DNA from: a virus
Length of the DNA: 64,000 bases
Reading direction: 5' to 3' (one strand)
IMG/VR virus record: IMGVR_UViG_3300018080_000121
Coordinates: 57,293 to 121,292 of that record
Within the stretch, counting starts at the first letter, position 1. Each line of letters begins with the position of its first letter. Of the stretch, positions 46,418 to 56,947 are shown one piece after another. Position numbers and translations under genes: made by a program. The notes beneath the pieces were generated by a model, which ran no database searches, was not told the origin of the DNA, and saw nothing but the letters and a program-made list of their open reading frames with translations.

Positions 46418-47719
46418 TTGCCTGAAAAAATTTCTAGTGAAGCTCAAGGAGTTATAAACCAACCCGCTGTAAATTTCTTTCTTGATCTTCGAATTAAGGA
46501 TTTAACATATACAAATGATTTGGCGGGAGTTAGAATTGCTTCCTCTCTTGCGTCAGCATATCCGAACATAGAGATCATTTTAAATATCGCAGCAAAAGAT
46601 GCAATCATCCCATCTCTATCTGGTGAAGATCCAATCAAATTAAAGATAGAACTTCTCCAACAAAATACTGCTTCAGAGCCTGTGAGATCTCAACCGCAGG
46701 ATACGTTAGAATTTGATTTGATGTTAATTTCAGTTGAATTTGAGATGCCTGTCACGGATGCAATGGCTGCACCAGGTCTTGAACATACTCTTGATAGAAC
46801 TACAGTAAGATTACTAACCGTACCAAGAAAACCATACATATCAATGACTACAACTGTAAATGAAGTATTTGGTGTTGTAGAAGATCCAAAAACTCCAAAA
46901 GAGGTTATTGAGAGTCTGGTGTCTGAGTTTTCTTCTAATACAACAATTAAATATGATTCTGCAAATCAAAACAAAAATAAGGTACCACAGTTGTGTGTGC
47001 CACCAACTACATTATATAGCGCTATTAATTACCTAGATGATACCTATGGATTATTTGATGGAGCATGTGCTGTGTTTTGTAAACATGATAATGAATTACA
47101 AGTAATGAACTTATCCTATCGAATTAAAAGTTCAAAAGACAGACTAACAATCTATCATTTGTCCACAAGTGCAAACCCAGAAGATGCTATTTTTAAGAGT
47201 CTAAAAGATCGAACTTATTATACATATGATAACCTCCAAACAACCTACGTAGGTAACACAAAATTTGCTGTAATAGGAAATGATATCAATCATATTGTTT
47301 TGCCAAGCGACTCACTATATGCGGTTGTTCAACAAGATCTCACAAATATTTGTGGAAGATTCGGGATTATAGATCAACGAAAAGACATACCGGTTGGAGC
47401 AGAAATAGATCATAGAAAAAAATATTACATCTTACATGGCGGTGTTGAAACACAAGATACTTTCGCAAATGCGATGGTGGCTAAGAAGATATTTGATTTG
47501 TCAAGAATAAGCTTTCAACTAGATCGAAATATTAAATTAACATACTTAATGAATATCGGTCGCCCAGTTAAGCTGAAAACTACAACATTAGAACATAAGG
47601 GATTAAGTGGAAATTATATATTATTCTCGACTGATGTTGTTCTAATTCGAGATGGTGGAATTTGGACGTCGACCGCAAGACTACAGCTTGCAAGAACTAA
47701 TCGAACAATCGGACAATAA
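46418..47719 (+). CDS. putative baseplate hub/tail protein
   Basis: 433 aa, beta-rich; C-terminal IGRPVKL...LSGNYILFS resembles gp27-type hub ends; first gene after the terminator. Confidence 0.4.
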   Translation: MPEKISSEAQGVINQPAVNFFLDLRIKDLTYTNDLAGVRIASSLASAYPNIEIILNIAAKDAIIPSLSGEDPIKLKIELLQQNTASEPVRSQPQDTLEFDLMLISVEFEMPVTDAMAAPGLEHTLDRTTVRLLTVPRKPYISMTTTVNEVFGVVEDPKTPKEVIESLVSEFSSNTTIKYDSANQNKNKVPQLCVPPTTLYSAINYLDDTYGLFDGACAVFCKHDNELQVMNLSYRIKSSKDRLTIYHLSTSANPEDAIFKSLKDRTYYTYDNLQTTYVGNTKFAVIGNDINHIVLPSDSLYAVVQQDLTNICGRFGIIDQRKDIPVGAEIDHRKKYYILHGGVETQDTFANAMVAKKIFDLSRISFQLDRNIKLTYLMNIGRPVKLKTTTLEHKGLSGNYILFSTDVVLIRDGGIWTSTARLQLARTNRTIGQ

Positions 47720-47720
47720 A

Positions 47721-47773
47721 GGACTGTCCCCTTTCGGGGACAATCCCACCTTTTTCTATAAAAAGATGGGGGT
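47721..47773. terminator. tandem hairpins, probable bidirectional terminator
   Basis: TGTCCCC-TTTC-GGGGACA then CCCACC-TTTTT-CTAT-AAAAA-GATGGG; lies between converging ORFs. Confidence 0.6.
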
Positions 47774-47784
47774 GGTACAATAGA

Positions 47785-47919
47785 CTACGTAAGGGTTAGA
47801 GTCCGGTAGATTTTAGCCTCTTGTAAATAAATCATGGTACCTCCTTTCAAATCAAATTTTTGGTGAATGTTCAATTGTCCTCCATCATGACCTTTGTTAA
47901 CAATTTCTCGTTTGTACAT
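47785..47919 (-). CDS. small minus-strand peptide (44 aa, or 16 aa from internal ATG 47835)
   Basis: MYKREIVNKGHDGGQLNIHQKFDLKGGT-MIYLQEAKIYRTLTLT; the internal ATG has AAAGGAGG. Confidence 0.35.
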   Translation of the reverse strand: MYKREIVNKGHDGGQLNIHQKFDLKGGTMIYLQEAKIYRTLTLT

Positions 47920-48115
47920 CACATTTCCTTCCTCTGCGCAGTTTAGGTTAGTAATACTCCTCCTTGCGACAAACGAGGCGTGCCTAAGCCAACCGAAACC
48001 TCCTTTAGTTATAGGTCAGCAGAAGAGAAAACAATATGTTTTCTCAGTTATTAATATATATAAATCTATCTTCTATATATGATCCTGTTGAGAACAAATA
48101 AAAAAGGGGGTTCGT

Positions 48116-49753
48116 ATGATAGAAGAGCAAATTGTTAAGTTAAGGAAAGATGCAGAAGAATATGTTGCGGAGTTCATACGTTGTAAATCTTCCTTCGACT
48201 ATTTTTGTAGTAGATATATTTTAATTGAAATGCCTGGCGGAGACGTTCTTCTCCATCCTTACAAACCCCAATCTAAACTAATTCGACTGATAAACAATAA
48301 ACATTACGTACTAGTTCTTAAATCTAGACAGATTGGAATCTCTACAATTACACAGGCTTATATTGTTTGGTTGTGTTGTTTCTTTGATAATGCAGTGGTA
48401 GGTATTATTTCAAAAGATGGAAAGGAAGCAACAGATTTTGCTCGTGCAATTCGAGCTATGATGGAGAAACTTCCAAAGTGGATGGGTGCTAACTTTGATA
48501 AGAAGACGGAACAATCTTTTATTCTTACAAATGGTGCAAAAGTATACGCATCTCCAGTAAACCCAAATGCTCCAGAAAAAACTCTTCGTGGTAAAGCTAT
48601 TACATTTTTGGTAATTGACGAAGCTGCATTTATCAAGTTTCTTGATGAGGCTTGGACAAGTATGGTATCTGCGTTATCAACTAATCAGATGCATGCGAAA
48701 AAGCAAAACGTTCCCTATGGTACGATTATATTATCCACGCCAAATAAAACCGTAGGTCCTGGAAAATGGTTCTTTGAGAGATATCAAAATGCTGTATCCG
48801 GGGATGATATCTTTCATCCTTTTGTTATCCATTGGCGTGACGTAGAAGAATTAGCTGATGATGAGGGTTGGTATGACACACAATGTAAATTGTTTGATAA
48901 TGATCCTCGTAAAATTCAACAGGAGTTGGAGTTAAAATTCTTATCATCTATTGGATCATTTTTTGACGAATCTGTAACACAACAACTTCAAGAGATCAAG
49001 ATTAATCCAATAGAAAAACTCAAGTTATTTGGTGGGGAAGCTTGGCGATTTAAAGAACCAGAACCAAAAACTCATTATATAAGTGGAATTGATACGGCGC
49101 CAGAACATGGTGCTGATAAGTCTGCTATTACTGTATGGAACAACCAGACCCTAGAACAAGTATTTGAGTATCAGGGAAAGTGTAAGGTACTTGATTTTGT
49201 TAAAGTTGTTAAGGTTGTAGCTGCACAATATCCTGGTACATTAGTTATAGAATCGAACTCGTACGGAAACCAAGTTGTTGAAGAGATGAACAACAGTGAA
49301 TACATGACGATGGTTTATAGTGAGTCCAGAGGTAACAAAAAATTACCAGGATTACAAACGACAGGTAAGTCAAGACCATTAATGATAGATGCTTTATATT
49401 CTACAGTTACTGAGTTTCCAGAGTGCATTCAATCTACTAGACTCGCCTTAGAACTCGTCGGATTAATCACGAAACCTAGTGGTCGTGTTGAAGCTGATAC
49501 GGGGTGTCACGACGACTTAGCACTCGCTACAGCGTTAGCATTTTATGTGAGGAAATATGATCCACCTTATGTTGACTATGCAAATCCTGTAAATTCCGCG
49601 CTGTTGAAAAATGTGCTTGGGATGAATGATATACATGTAGGAAAACCATCAAATGCTTCAATCATTCATGACATTAAGAACAACTTAGGAAAAGATAAAT
49701 ATCGAGGTAATATAAATACATTTGACTTTTTAGTTGGGGTTGATAGAGATTAA
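48116..49753 (+). CDS. terL: terminase large subunit (T4 gp17-like)
   Basis: LKSRQIGIST, LRG, IDEAAF, LSTPN, nuclease SGIDTA, IESNSYG, HDDLALA. Confidence 0.93.
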   Translation: MIEEQIVKLRKDAEEYVAEFIRCKSSFDYFCSRYILIEMPGGDVLLHPYKPQSKLIRLINNKHYVLVLKSRQIGISTITQAYIVWLCCFFDNAVVGIISKDGKEATDFARAIRAMMEKLPKWMGANFDKKTEQSFILTNGAKVYASPVNPNAPEKTLRGKAITFLVIDEAAFIKFLDEAWTSMVSALSTNQMHAKKQNVPYGTIILSTPNKTVGPGKWFFERYQNAVSGDDIFHPFVIHWRDVEELADDEGWYDTQCKLFDNDPRKIQQELELKFLSSIGSFFDESVTQQLQEIKINPIEKLKLFGGEAWRFKEPEPKTHYISGIDTAPEHGADKSAITVWNNQTLEQVFEYQGKCKVLDFVKVVKVVAAQYPGTLVIESNSYGNQVVEEMNNSEYMTMVYSESRGNKKLPGLQTTGKSRPLMIDALYSTVTEFPECIQSTRLALELVGLITKPSGRVEADTGCHDDLALATALAFYVRKYDPPYVDYANPVNSALLKNVLGMNDIHVGKPSNASIIHDIKNNLGKDKYRGNINTFDFLVGVDRD

Positions 49754-50708
49754 GGAGCTACCAATGTTTGAAGACGCATTATTTCCAGGAGATGTTCCTC
49801 CAGAATATATTGAAGAGTGCAATCAGCAGCTACAACAGGAGATTTTTGCTCTTCCATTTAATACATACCTTGTAGCTAATTTAGATGGGTGGAAGTTATA
49901 TTCATCGGATGCTCTAAAGAGAAGATATAAAGAGTCAATGTATAAAATGTCCCGTACAAAAAATATAGCTGATGATATTGGCAGAATGGTGGATGACAAA
50001 AAAATCATACCATGTTGGATCAATAAGGGAATTTTTCGACTCATAACATTTAAAATTTTCGCTCCTAGAGGTGCACAAAGTATAGCTGGATTCTTTACAA
50101 ATAGAGAGAACCAAATTTATCTTCTAATTGATAATAACATGTCATTTGGTTTTGCATCGAATAATCTACTAGCAAGTCTTACAGTTCATGAATCCATGCA
50201 CATGGCTTGTAGTAATCAAAGAGGATCATTTGTGTCTCTATTTCGAGAAGAATTAATAACATATTATAATACAATGTTTGAATTTATATTCCAGACAAAA
50301 GGGGATATATCTAAAGCGAGCCAAAAAATTATTTCGTTTCTTTTTAAATCATTTGAATTTCCTGTGAATCCATCGCCTGCGCCGCTAATTAAAAAGTATT
50401 TAAGATTGATGGATGAAGAGTTAAGACCTTTTTCTACATTATCTATGGAGAAATTTGACCAATCTCTAAAAGATTATATTGATTATATTCGATTATATTT
50501 TTTCCATGGAGAGAGATTCTATAAGTCAATAAGAGACTATGCCCATATTTATCAAGGATTAAGAAAAGGATATGAAAGAGGACTAGGTGTGAAGGGAAAT
50601 ACAAGTCTGATGGTCCAAGAGATGTTTTATCCTTCAGAGATTATTTGCATTTACGCTGAGCTTACACAAAGAATGTCCAAAGTTTATAGAGCATTTCATA
50701 AAATATAA
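49734..50708 (+). CDS. protein with HExxH zinc-metallopeptidase motif
   Basis: LTVHESMHMA. Confidence 0.5.
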   Translation: MGLIEIKELPMFEDALFPGDVPPEYIEECNQQLQQEIFALPFNTYLVANLDGWKLYSSDALKRRYKESMYKMSRTKNIADDIGRMVDDKKIIPCWINKGIFRLITFKIFAPRGAQSIAGFFTNRENQIYLLIDNNMSFGFASNNLLASLTVHESMHMACSNQRGSFVSLFREELITYYNTMFEFIFQTKGDISKASQKIISFLFKSFEFPVNPSPAPLIKKYLRLMDEELRPFSTLSMEKFDQSLKDYIDYIRLYFFHGERFYKSIRDYAHIYQGLRKGYERGLGVKGNTSLMVQEMFYPSEIICIYAELTQRMSKVYRAFHKI

Positions 50709-50720
50709 GAGGATTTCGAG

Positions 50721-53700
50721 ATGGTTGATGAAAACAAAAAAAGGCAAGACGCCTTAGAAAGGGAAGCTGACAAACGGATACAAAATATAAGTAATGTTAC
50801 GTCGTCCGTTGCTGCAAGAGCAGAAGCAGCCGCAAAACGTGCCCAGGATTTAGAAGTCCAAGAGAGGTACGGTACGGCGAAAGGTGCTCGACAAGCAGTA
50901 TCATCAATCGACCGTGTACTTAAAAATTTAGGAAGTGCCACCGAAGCCTTAGCAATAGGTGTTAAAAACATAACAGCTGAAACCGCAAGAGGTGTTAAAC
51001 AAATCTCAGTAGGAGCAGCTGGCGCTGTTGGAGAATATGCAAAAGCTGTTGGTGAAGACATCAACTGGAATAAGGGCGCATTTGTAACCACTACCCTTGG
51101 AAGAATTACTCCCCTCCTTGGTTATGCTGTGGCTAAAATGATGGAAACCACAGTATTCAGAAATATGATCGCAAAAATGAAAGCTGGTATTAACAAGGCT
51201 CTTGGCGCGGTCGCATTCAAATTTAAGCAAATTGCGATGGTTGGTTGGGAAAAAGGAAAGGAGTTTGTAGCGGGAATTCGTGATCTCTTTTCTCGAAAGA
51301 GGGGAGCAGCGCGTGTAACTGAAGCGGCAAAGCGAGAAAAAGAAGCAATAGAAAAAGCCAAACGTGCAGCTCCTAAGATGCAAAGGGGTGGGTACGTCAA
51401 AAAAGGCGGACTCGCAGAAATTCATTCTGGAGAAGTGGTGCAGAGTAAGCAGGACGTTGCTGGTTTTAAACGGCTGGCAACTGTTATCGCTTCTGGATTT
51501 AAAATCTTCCAGAAAAAGTCGCTTGATATTGAGCAAAAGTTGGCGATGCAACCACATGTCCAAAAGAATATTCTTGGAGATGCTGTCAAAGACGCGCTCG
51601 CAGAAAAACAAGGACGAGGAGCTCCGTTAGAGCGAATTGCTGAAGCCACTGCTCGTATCGCTACTATTGTAAATCCATTCCGTCTTATCTCTACAATTTG
51701 GCAGAACTTCTTAGCAAGAAGTCCGTTCATTCGAGCATTTAATAGAATTGGAGTTGCTGCATTAAAGGTCGTAGCACTTCCAATAACTGCTCTTTTTAAA
51801 CGAAGAACGTCAGGATTACGGCTAACGGGAAATCCATTTGTTGATATGGGTTCTCTGCTGGGCGCAATTCATGGAATTTTATACACTGAATTAGACACTC
51901 AAACTCGCCATCTAAATGACATTGCTGAAGCAACAACAGCAATGGCTCAGAAAGAAGGAATTAAAATTGAAAGAACTCAAGCTAGAAAAGCTTCGGCTAC
52001 TTATACATGGGCGGGCAAGGGAATAAAGTGGTTAGGTAAACAGATTGGTTCAGGTCTCGGTTGGATGTTTGGTGAAGATTCACCGTTTGTAAAATTTATG
52101 ACCAAAGAAAGATCTGTTGGTGGCGGCGCTAAATGGATGGGAAGAAAAGCTGGTGAAGCAGTGAAATGGGGTGGTAGAAGAACAGAAGAGAAATTAAGAG
52201 AAAAATATGGTGACAAAGCATGGGTTGATTATATTTCAAAACAACGAACTGTAAAAGGTGGACTTGAAGGTACTAGAGATTGGTTAAAAGAGAAGACTTG
52301 GGGGAGAGTTGGTAAATGGTGGGACGAACGAAAGAAAAGAAAGAAAAATGTAAGAACACTTGAAAAACAATTATATGAATTTGAAGACTTGCATAAGACT
52401 CAAAAACGAAGTTTAAATCTTCAAAAAGATCAATACTTAAGACAAAGAAAGCAACTTAGAGTTGCCAGAGCATCATCTAAAAAATTAGGATCTGTTGCAA
52501 CCAGATTAAAAAGCGGAAAAGATTGGTTCATGAACCTGTTTACAAAAATTGGAATGGGTATTATGGGCATCCCAAAATTGTTAGGTAAATTTTGGGGAAT
52601 CGCAAAGGGTCTTAAAAGTATGACAAGTTTCTTTAATCTTGTTAGTAAAGTTGGACCTTTGAAAGCTATCCTTGGAGTTGGTGGTGGAATTGCAGCGGCT
52701 GGTGCAGCAGGATATGGTGTTGGGACTCTCCTAAATAAACTGATTATCGAACCATACATTGTCAAGCCACTTGTCAAGGGTTCGGAAGAGAGGGCTAAGC
52801 GAAGTACTAAACAGCATGTGACAGGTATTAGGGAAGCACAAGATCTTATTTCACGATACCAACTTGGAGAAGAAGTCGACAAAGAGAAAGTTATAAAAGC
52901 CAGAACAATGATTTCTGCATCAGCTCAGATGCAAGGAATGAAAGCTAAAAGACGAAAAGACTTTGGTTCTCTTACAAGAAGTACATTGTTTGATGAAATT
53001 GAATCTGCTCAAGATGCTTACTTCGTAGAAAATTTTGACCGATATGCTGGTTATGGTTCTGCTCAGTTAACTAGACTTCGTGCAGAGTGGTTAGAAAAAG
53101 GTGGGTTTGGTGGTAAAGGTTGGACTGAAAATGCAACTGAGTATGGTAGACGAAGAGAAGAAGCTTTCTTAAAATATGTTGAATCAAAAGGCAAAAAATT
53201 ATCAAAAGAAAAATTAGAGACTCAAGCCAGAGGAGCATTGACAGGGGAGAAATACTTACTTTCTAGAGGTACAGCAGCAAAAACTAGAAAGTTCCAAAAA
53301 GGTCTTGCTGATTACTTACCAATCATTTCTCAATTTGCAGGAAGTACTATTTTAGGCGTTGGTTCACAAGCAGCCGCAAAATATCTTGAGAATAACCCAG
53401 AAGCTCTAGTTAAAGTAGCTGATTCTATTTTGAAAATGAAAAGGGATCAAATAGACCCAAATATTATAGCCGCTGCTGAGTTCATTAAATCAAATCCTGA
53501 TGCGTTAGGTGCTCTAGAAAAAGGAGATGCCATTGTTCAACAAGCAAAGGCAACCGTCACTGAAAAAGTAGAAGGTGCGAAACAAAAGGTGAAAGCAGAG
53601 ACAACAAAGAGATATGTTGCGGTACAGGCTTGGGCAACATTAAAAGAAAATGGACAGCAACTTATAGGATACGGTGGCGCAATGGGCATTGGACATCGTG

Positions 53701-54566
53701 GATACGTCCAGGCTCTTAAAATAGCTAAAGCCCACGCCAGAAAACAAGTTCTAGAACAAGCTAAAGGTAGTAAAATCGGTGCAGTAAATTATACAGTTGT
53801 TGAAGATGAAGCGTTTGCAAAAGAATTGATAGCAGAAAGACGAAAGCCAACCGGTACTGCTATGGATACAGCTATAGAAACCGCTGGGGAAGGAACTCTT
53901 GTAGCTGCTGCAGAATTTGGAAAATCAGCTAGAAAAGCAACAGATAAAGCAGTTGCAACTGTAAAAGAATCTGCAATAAAAGCGAAAGATTTTGCAGCTG
54001 ATGCTGTTAAAAATCCAACTGTATATTATAGAATGTTAAAAGAACGAGTATTTGATGGCATTGATGTACTGAAAGGATATGTAGCAAATATTAGCGATAG
54101 AATGACTGGAGTATGGGAAATTGCTAAAGCAAGATATGAACATGAAATTGGACAACTTCCAAAAGAAGTAGTCGCTCATAGAGGCTTCAAAGGAATGGCT
54201 ACAAAAGGTACGCCACTCATAAGAACGGAAGCTGGTGAGTTCATTGAGATTACTCCAGCAGGGGAAGTTAATGAAGCTCTTAGAAGACAAGGTGTTTCGA
54301 GAGATCAAGTTGCCGCACTTGGCGCTGGAAGAGATATAATGAGAGCCAATATGACTTCAGATATGATTAGCGGTATAAATGGAATACGTGGCGCTGTGGA
54401 ATCAGGAACTAAGTCACAAGCTGCTATGATGTCATCGTTTATAGATAACTCTACACAGTCTACACAAGTTACTAATGTAAATGGCGGTGGAGGAGCTTCT
54501 GGTCCAGGAGGAGCTGTATTTTATGGCAATGAATTAAATGCAGTACTTTCTGGGAACTTAACGTAA
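50721..54566 (+). CDS. tape measure-like protein
   Basis: 1281 aa, Ala/Gly/Lys-rich helical; GGYV...AEIHSGEVV motif typical of tape measures; C-terminal Gly/Ser/Asn-rich tail. Confidence 0.75.
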   Translation: MVDENKKRQDALEREADKRIQNISNVTSSVAARAEAAAKRAQDLEVQERYGTAKGARQAVSSIDRVLKNLGSATEALAIGVKNITAETARGVKQISVGAAGAVGEYAKAVGEDINWNKGAFVTTTLGRITPLLGYAVAKMMETTVFRNMIAKMKAGINKALGAVAFKFKQIAMVGWEKGKEFVAGIRDLFSRKRGAARVTEAAKREKEAIEKAKRAAPKMQRGGYVKKGGLAEIHSGEVVQSKQDVAGFKRLATVIASGFKIFQKKSLDIEQKLAMQPHVQKNILGDAVKDALAEKQGRGAPLERIAEATARIATIVNPFRLISTIWQNFLARSPFIRAFNRIGVAALKVVALPITALFKRRTSGLRLTGNPFVDMGSLLGAIHGILYTELDTQTRHLNDIAEATTAMAQKEGIKIERTQARKASATYTWAGKGIKWLGKQIGSGLGWMFGEDSPFVKFMTKERSVGGGAKWMGRKAGEAVKWGGRRTEEKLREKYGDKAWVDYISKQRTVKGGLEGTRDWLKEKTWGRVGKWWDERKKRKKNVRTLEKQLYEFEDLHKTQKRSLNLQKDQYLRQRKQLRVARASSKKLGSVATRLKSGKDWFMNLFTKIGMGIMGIPKLLGKFWGIAKGLKSMTSFFNLVSKVGPLKAILGVGGGIAAAGAAGYGVGTLLNKLIIEPYIVKPLVKGSEERAKRSTKQHVTGIREAQDLISRYQLGEEVDKEKVIKARTMISASAQMQGMKAKRRKDFGSLTRSTLFDEIESAQDAYFVENFDRYAGYGSAQLTRLRAEWLEKGGFGGKGWTENATEYGRRREEAFLKYVESKGKKLSKEKLETQARGALTGEKYLLSRGTAAKTRKFQKGLADYLPIISQFAGSTILGVGSQAAAKYLENNPEALVKVADSILKMKRDQIDPNIIAAAEFIKSNPDALGALEKGDAIVQQAKATVTEKVEGAKQKVKAETTKRYVAVQAWATLKENGQQLIGYGGAMGIGHRGYVQALKIAKAHARKQVLEQAKGSKIGAVNYTVVEDEAFAKELIAERRKPTGTAMDTAIETAGEGTLVAAAEFGKSARKATDKAVATVKESAIKAKDFAADAVKNPTVYYRMLKERVFDGIDVLKGYVANISDRMTGVWEIAKARYEHEIGQLPKEVVAHRGFKGMATKGTPLIRTEAGEFIEITPAGEVNEALRRQGVSRDQVAALGAGRDIMRANMTSDMISGINGIRGAVESGTKSQAAMMSSFIDNSTQSTQVTNVNGGGGASGPGGAVFYGNELNAVLSGNLT

Positions 54567-54576
54567 GGAGATTGAG

Positions 54577-55842
54577 ATGGCTAAAGAAACAGGAAATTTA
54601 ACTGACATTGAGTTTACATATGGTTTGCCACCTACGACAGAGACTACAGCACCCATTATACATAACACAATGCCACAAGCTACTATTACACCTTGTGTTC
54701 CCAAGTTTGAACAAGGGCATTCACTATTTAGATTGGAAGAAGAACCGCCATCTTATTTAAAGTTGTTAGAAGATCATGGTTTTACAAAAAAGAGCGGTGA
54801 TATTCAAGTTGCATTTTTAGCGGATTCCTTTCCAACGGATACGTTTACAAATGAGTTTGGTGAAACCTTTCTAGATAGATTTGCGAAGGTAGCCTCAGGT
54901 GGAGTTTCTGATGTTATGCAAATTCTTGGAACACGCAGTGCAGGTGAAACAGCTGATGTGATGCAGGAGATTGCTGGAGAAGGAAAGTTCGCAGATCTTA
55001 TAGGTTGGGTACAGGGAAAAGCTGGAGCCGCAGAAACTGCCCTGACGAAAAAAGCTGGAGAAATAAAAGGAAGTAGAGCTAAACAAGTTGCTCAGAATAT
55101 ATTGAATGTAACAAAAGCAGTAGCAACAGGTGGTCGTTTTGACTTTCCTCAAGTATGGAAGAATAGTACATTTTCTCCGTCTTATACAATGACAATTAGA
55201 TTATGGAACCCATCACCAGGAAATGCAGAGTCCACGAGAAAATTTATTGTAGGTCCGATAGCATCTCTACTACTTCTTACACTACCTCAATCAGATAAGG
55301 ACGTTGGATCTGCATACAAGTGGCCTTATCTATGTAAAGTAAGAGCACCCGGAATATTTCATTTGAGCGCTGCTTACGTAAGTAGTGTAGCTGTGATAAA
55401 AGGTGGCGACCAACAAAGTATTGCATGGAATCAAAATCTTGGTGTAGTTGATGTAAGAATAGACTTTGGAAGTCTTTTTAACAGTGTCTTGACAGAAACT
55501 ACAGGAAGTGTACTCAAAGATAGTCGTCCGACTCTTCGAAATTATCTTGAAGGAATTGGCGGTCCTGGTCTCCCTAATCGACAAGGGAAGGGTTTATACA
55601 ATCCTTTTATAGCAACTCAGGAATCATTGTTTGGGGAGGAAGGAATAAGAAAGTCCCTAGAAGAGATTCTTTGGGAATCGAGAGAATATAATCATGGTAA
55701 AGCAATACCAACAAAGACAAATCAGAAAACAGTCAACTCTGTAAATACCCAGAATAAACAAACTGAAACTGCAAGTGATCCGACTTCAACAAGGGTTACA
55801 CAAGAACAGAAGGATGCTGAAAATAATTTTGTGTGGCCCTAA
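54577..55842 (+). CDS. putative tail tube-initiator/baseplate protein
   Basis: follows tape measure; WKNSTFSPSYTMTIRL...WPYLCKVRAPG...VDVRIDF tube-like fold pattern. Confidence 0.4.
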   Translation: MAKETGNLTDIEFTYGLPPTTETTAPIIHNTMPQATITPCVPKFEQGHSLFRLEEEPPSYLKLLEDHGFTKKSGDIQVAFLADSFPTDTFTNEFGETFLDRFAKVASGGVSDVMQILGTRSAGETADVMQEIAGEGKFADLIGWVQGKAGAAETALTKKAGEIKGSRAKQVAQNILNVTKAVATGGRFDFPQVWKNSTFSPSYTMTIRLWNPSPGNAESTRKFIVGPIASLLLLTLPQSDKDVGSAYKWPYLCKVRAPGIFHLSAAYVSSVAVIKGGDQQSIAWNQNLGVVDVRIDFGSLFNSVLTETTGSVLKDSRPTLRNYLEGIGGPGLPNRQGKGLYNPFIATQESLFGEEGIRKSLEEILWESREYNHGKAIPTKTNQKTVNSVNTQNKQTETASDPTSTRVTQEQKDAENNFVWP

Positions 55843-56945
55843 CATGCAGTATTTCTAAAGATCATTGTGATATAATAGGCGAGATATTTATTGATTAGAG
55901 CTTGGGTTTGCTTTGTTAAATCATCGTACTGCTTTTGGTAATTCAAAGTTTTGATAACTTGATTTAAAAGTAAAGTAACTTGTTGTTTAAAGTAGACCCT
56001 GGCTTTAGTCCTCTTTACAGCCATCAACCCACTGACATATCCGTAATAAGACTTTCCGCAAATCGAGTCAACCGAAGTTACACCTTTCAAAAACAATTCT
56101 AAGATTGTTCTTATATTGTCTGCGTATTTCACGTCGCGGATATTATTTGAAATCAGTGTTGCTAATGATATTCTAATTTTTGTCAACGCCCTAGCTTCAT
56201 CAACAGCTTTACGATCTGTAATTTTGTAGACCGTTATCTTTTTAACAACATCAGTAACAACTCTTGAAGTTCTCTCTAATTGTTGATATTGTTGTTCATC
56301 ACCCTCTTCACCTTCATATGGTTCTCTAATCGCAAGCCCTTCCTTCGAAGCTCTATAATATAGTTCTGCAAAACTCTTAATACTTTGAGATACTCTTGTT
56401 CTAGCTTCTCTAATGAATGTAACATTTCCATCTACAGTTGGGGAAATAAAATTTTTTCTGTGTTTTTTATCCATTTCCCTTGTCATAAAAAGAAGCGCAT
56501 TCGCGATAGTTTTTTCTCTGACAAAAAGATGAGTCTTTGCAAGATTCTCTAGAGTATACTTAAATACATCTTTGTTACAATACTGAATTTGCTTGTATAT
56601 TAAGTTTGTAAATACTCTCGTGATATACAAAGTAAGGGTTGACGTATAAGCACTCACCTCACGACGTTTTAACATTGCGTACATTATGAATAGATAGAAA
56701 TTTGAGATTGGGTCTGTTTCTAACTTCCATTTTGCGGCAGGAGTGCCCTTGTAAAACCTTTTCACAAACTCACGTATATCTTTTTCTTTTAACTTGCACA
56801 AATGGAGTAAAATGAAATAGTACTTTTTAAGGGAAGGGTAGTAGCAAGGTTCTGACAAACTAGATAGTTCAAACGCAGCAATTTGATGAATTTTCTTTTT
56901 TAATGCTGGATAATCTATATTTGATTGTTCAAGTAATATATCCAT
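55839..56945 (-). CDS. hypothetical helical basic protein
   Basis: 368 aa; its stop overlaps the converging gene. Confidence 0.65.
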   Translation of the reverse strand: MDILLEQSNIDYPALKKKIHQIAAFELSSLSEPCYYPSLKKYYFILLHLCKLKEKDIREFVKRFYKGTPAAKWKLETDPISNFYLFIMYAMLKRREVSAYTSTLTLYITRVFTNLIYKQIQYCNKDVFKYTLENLAKTHLFVREKTIANALLFMTREMDKKHRKNFISPTVDGNVTFIREARTRVSQSIKSFAELYYRASKEGLAIREPYEGEEGDEQQYQQLERTSRVVTDVVKKITVYKITDRKAVDEARALTKIRISLATLISNNIRDVKYADNIRTILELFLKGVTSVDSICGKSYYGYVSGLMAVKRTKARVYFKQQVTLLLNQVIKTLNYQKQYDDLTKQTQALINKYLAYYITMIFRNTAC

Positions 56946-56947
56946 TT

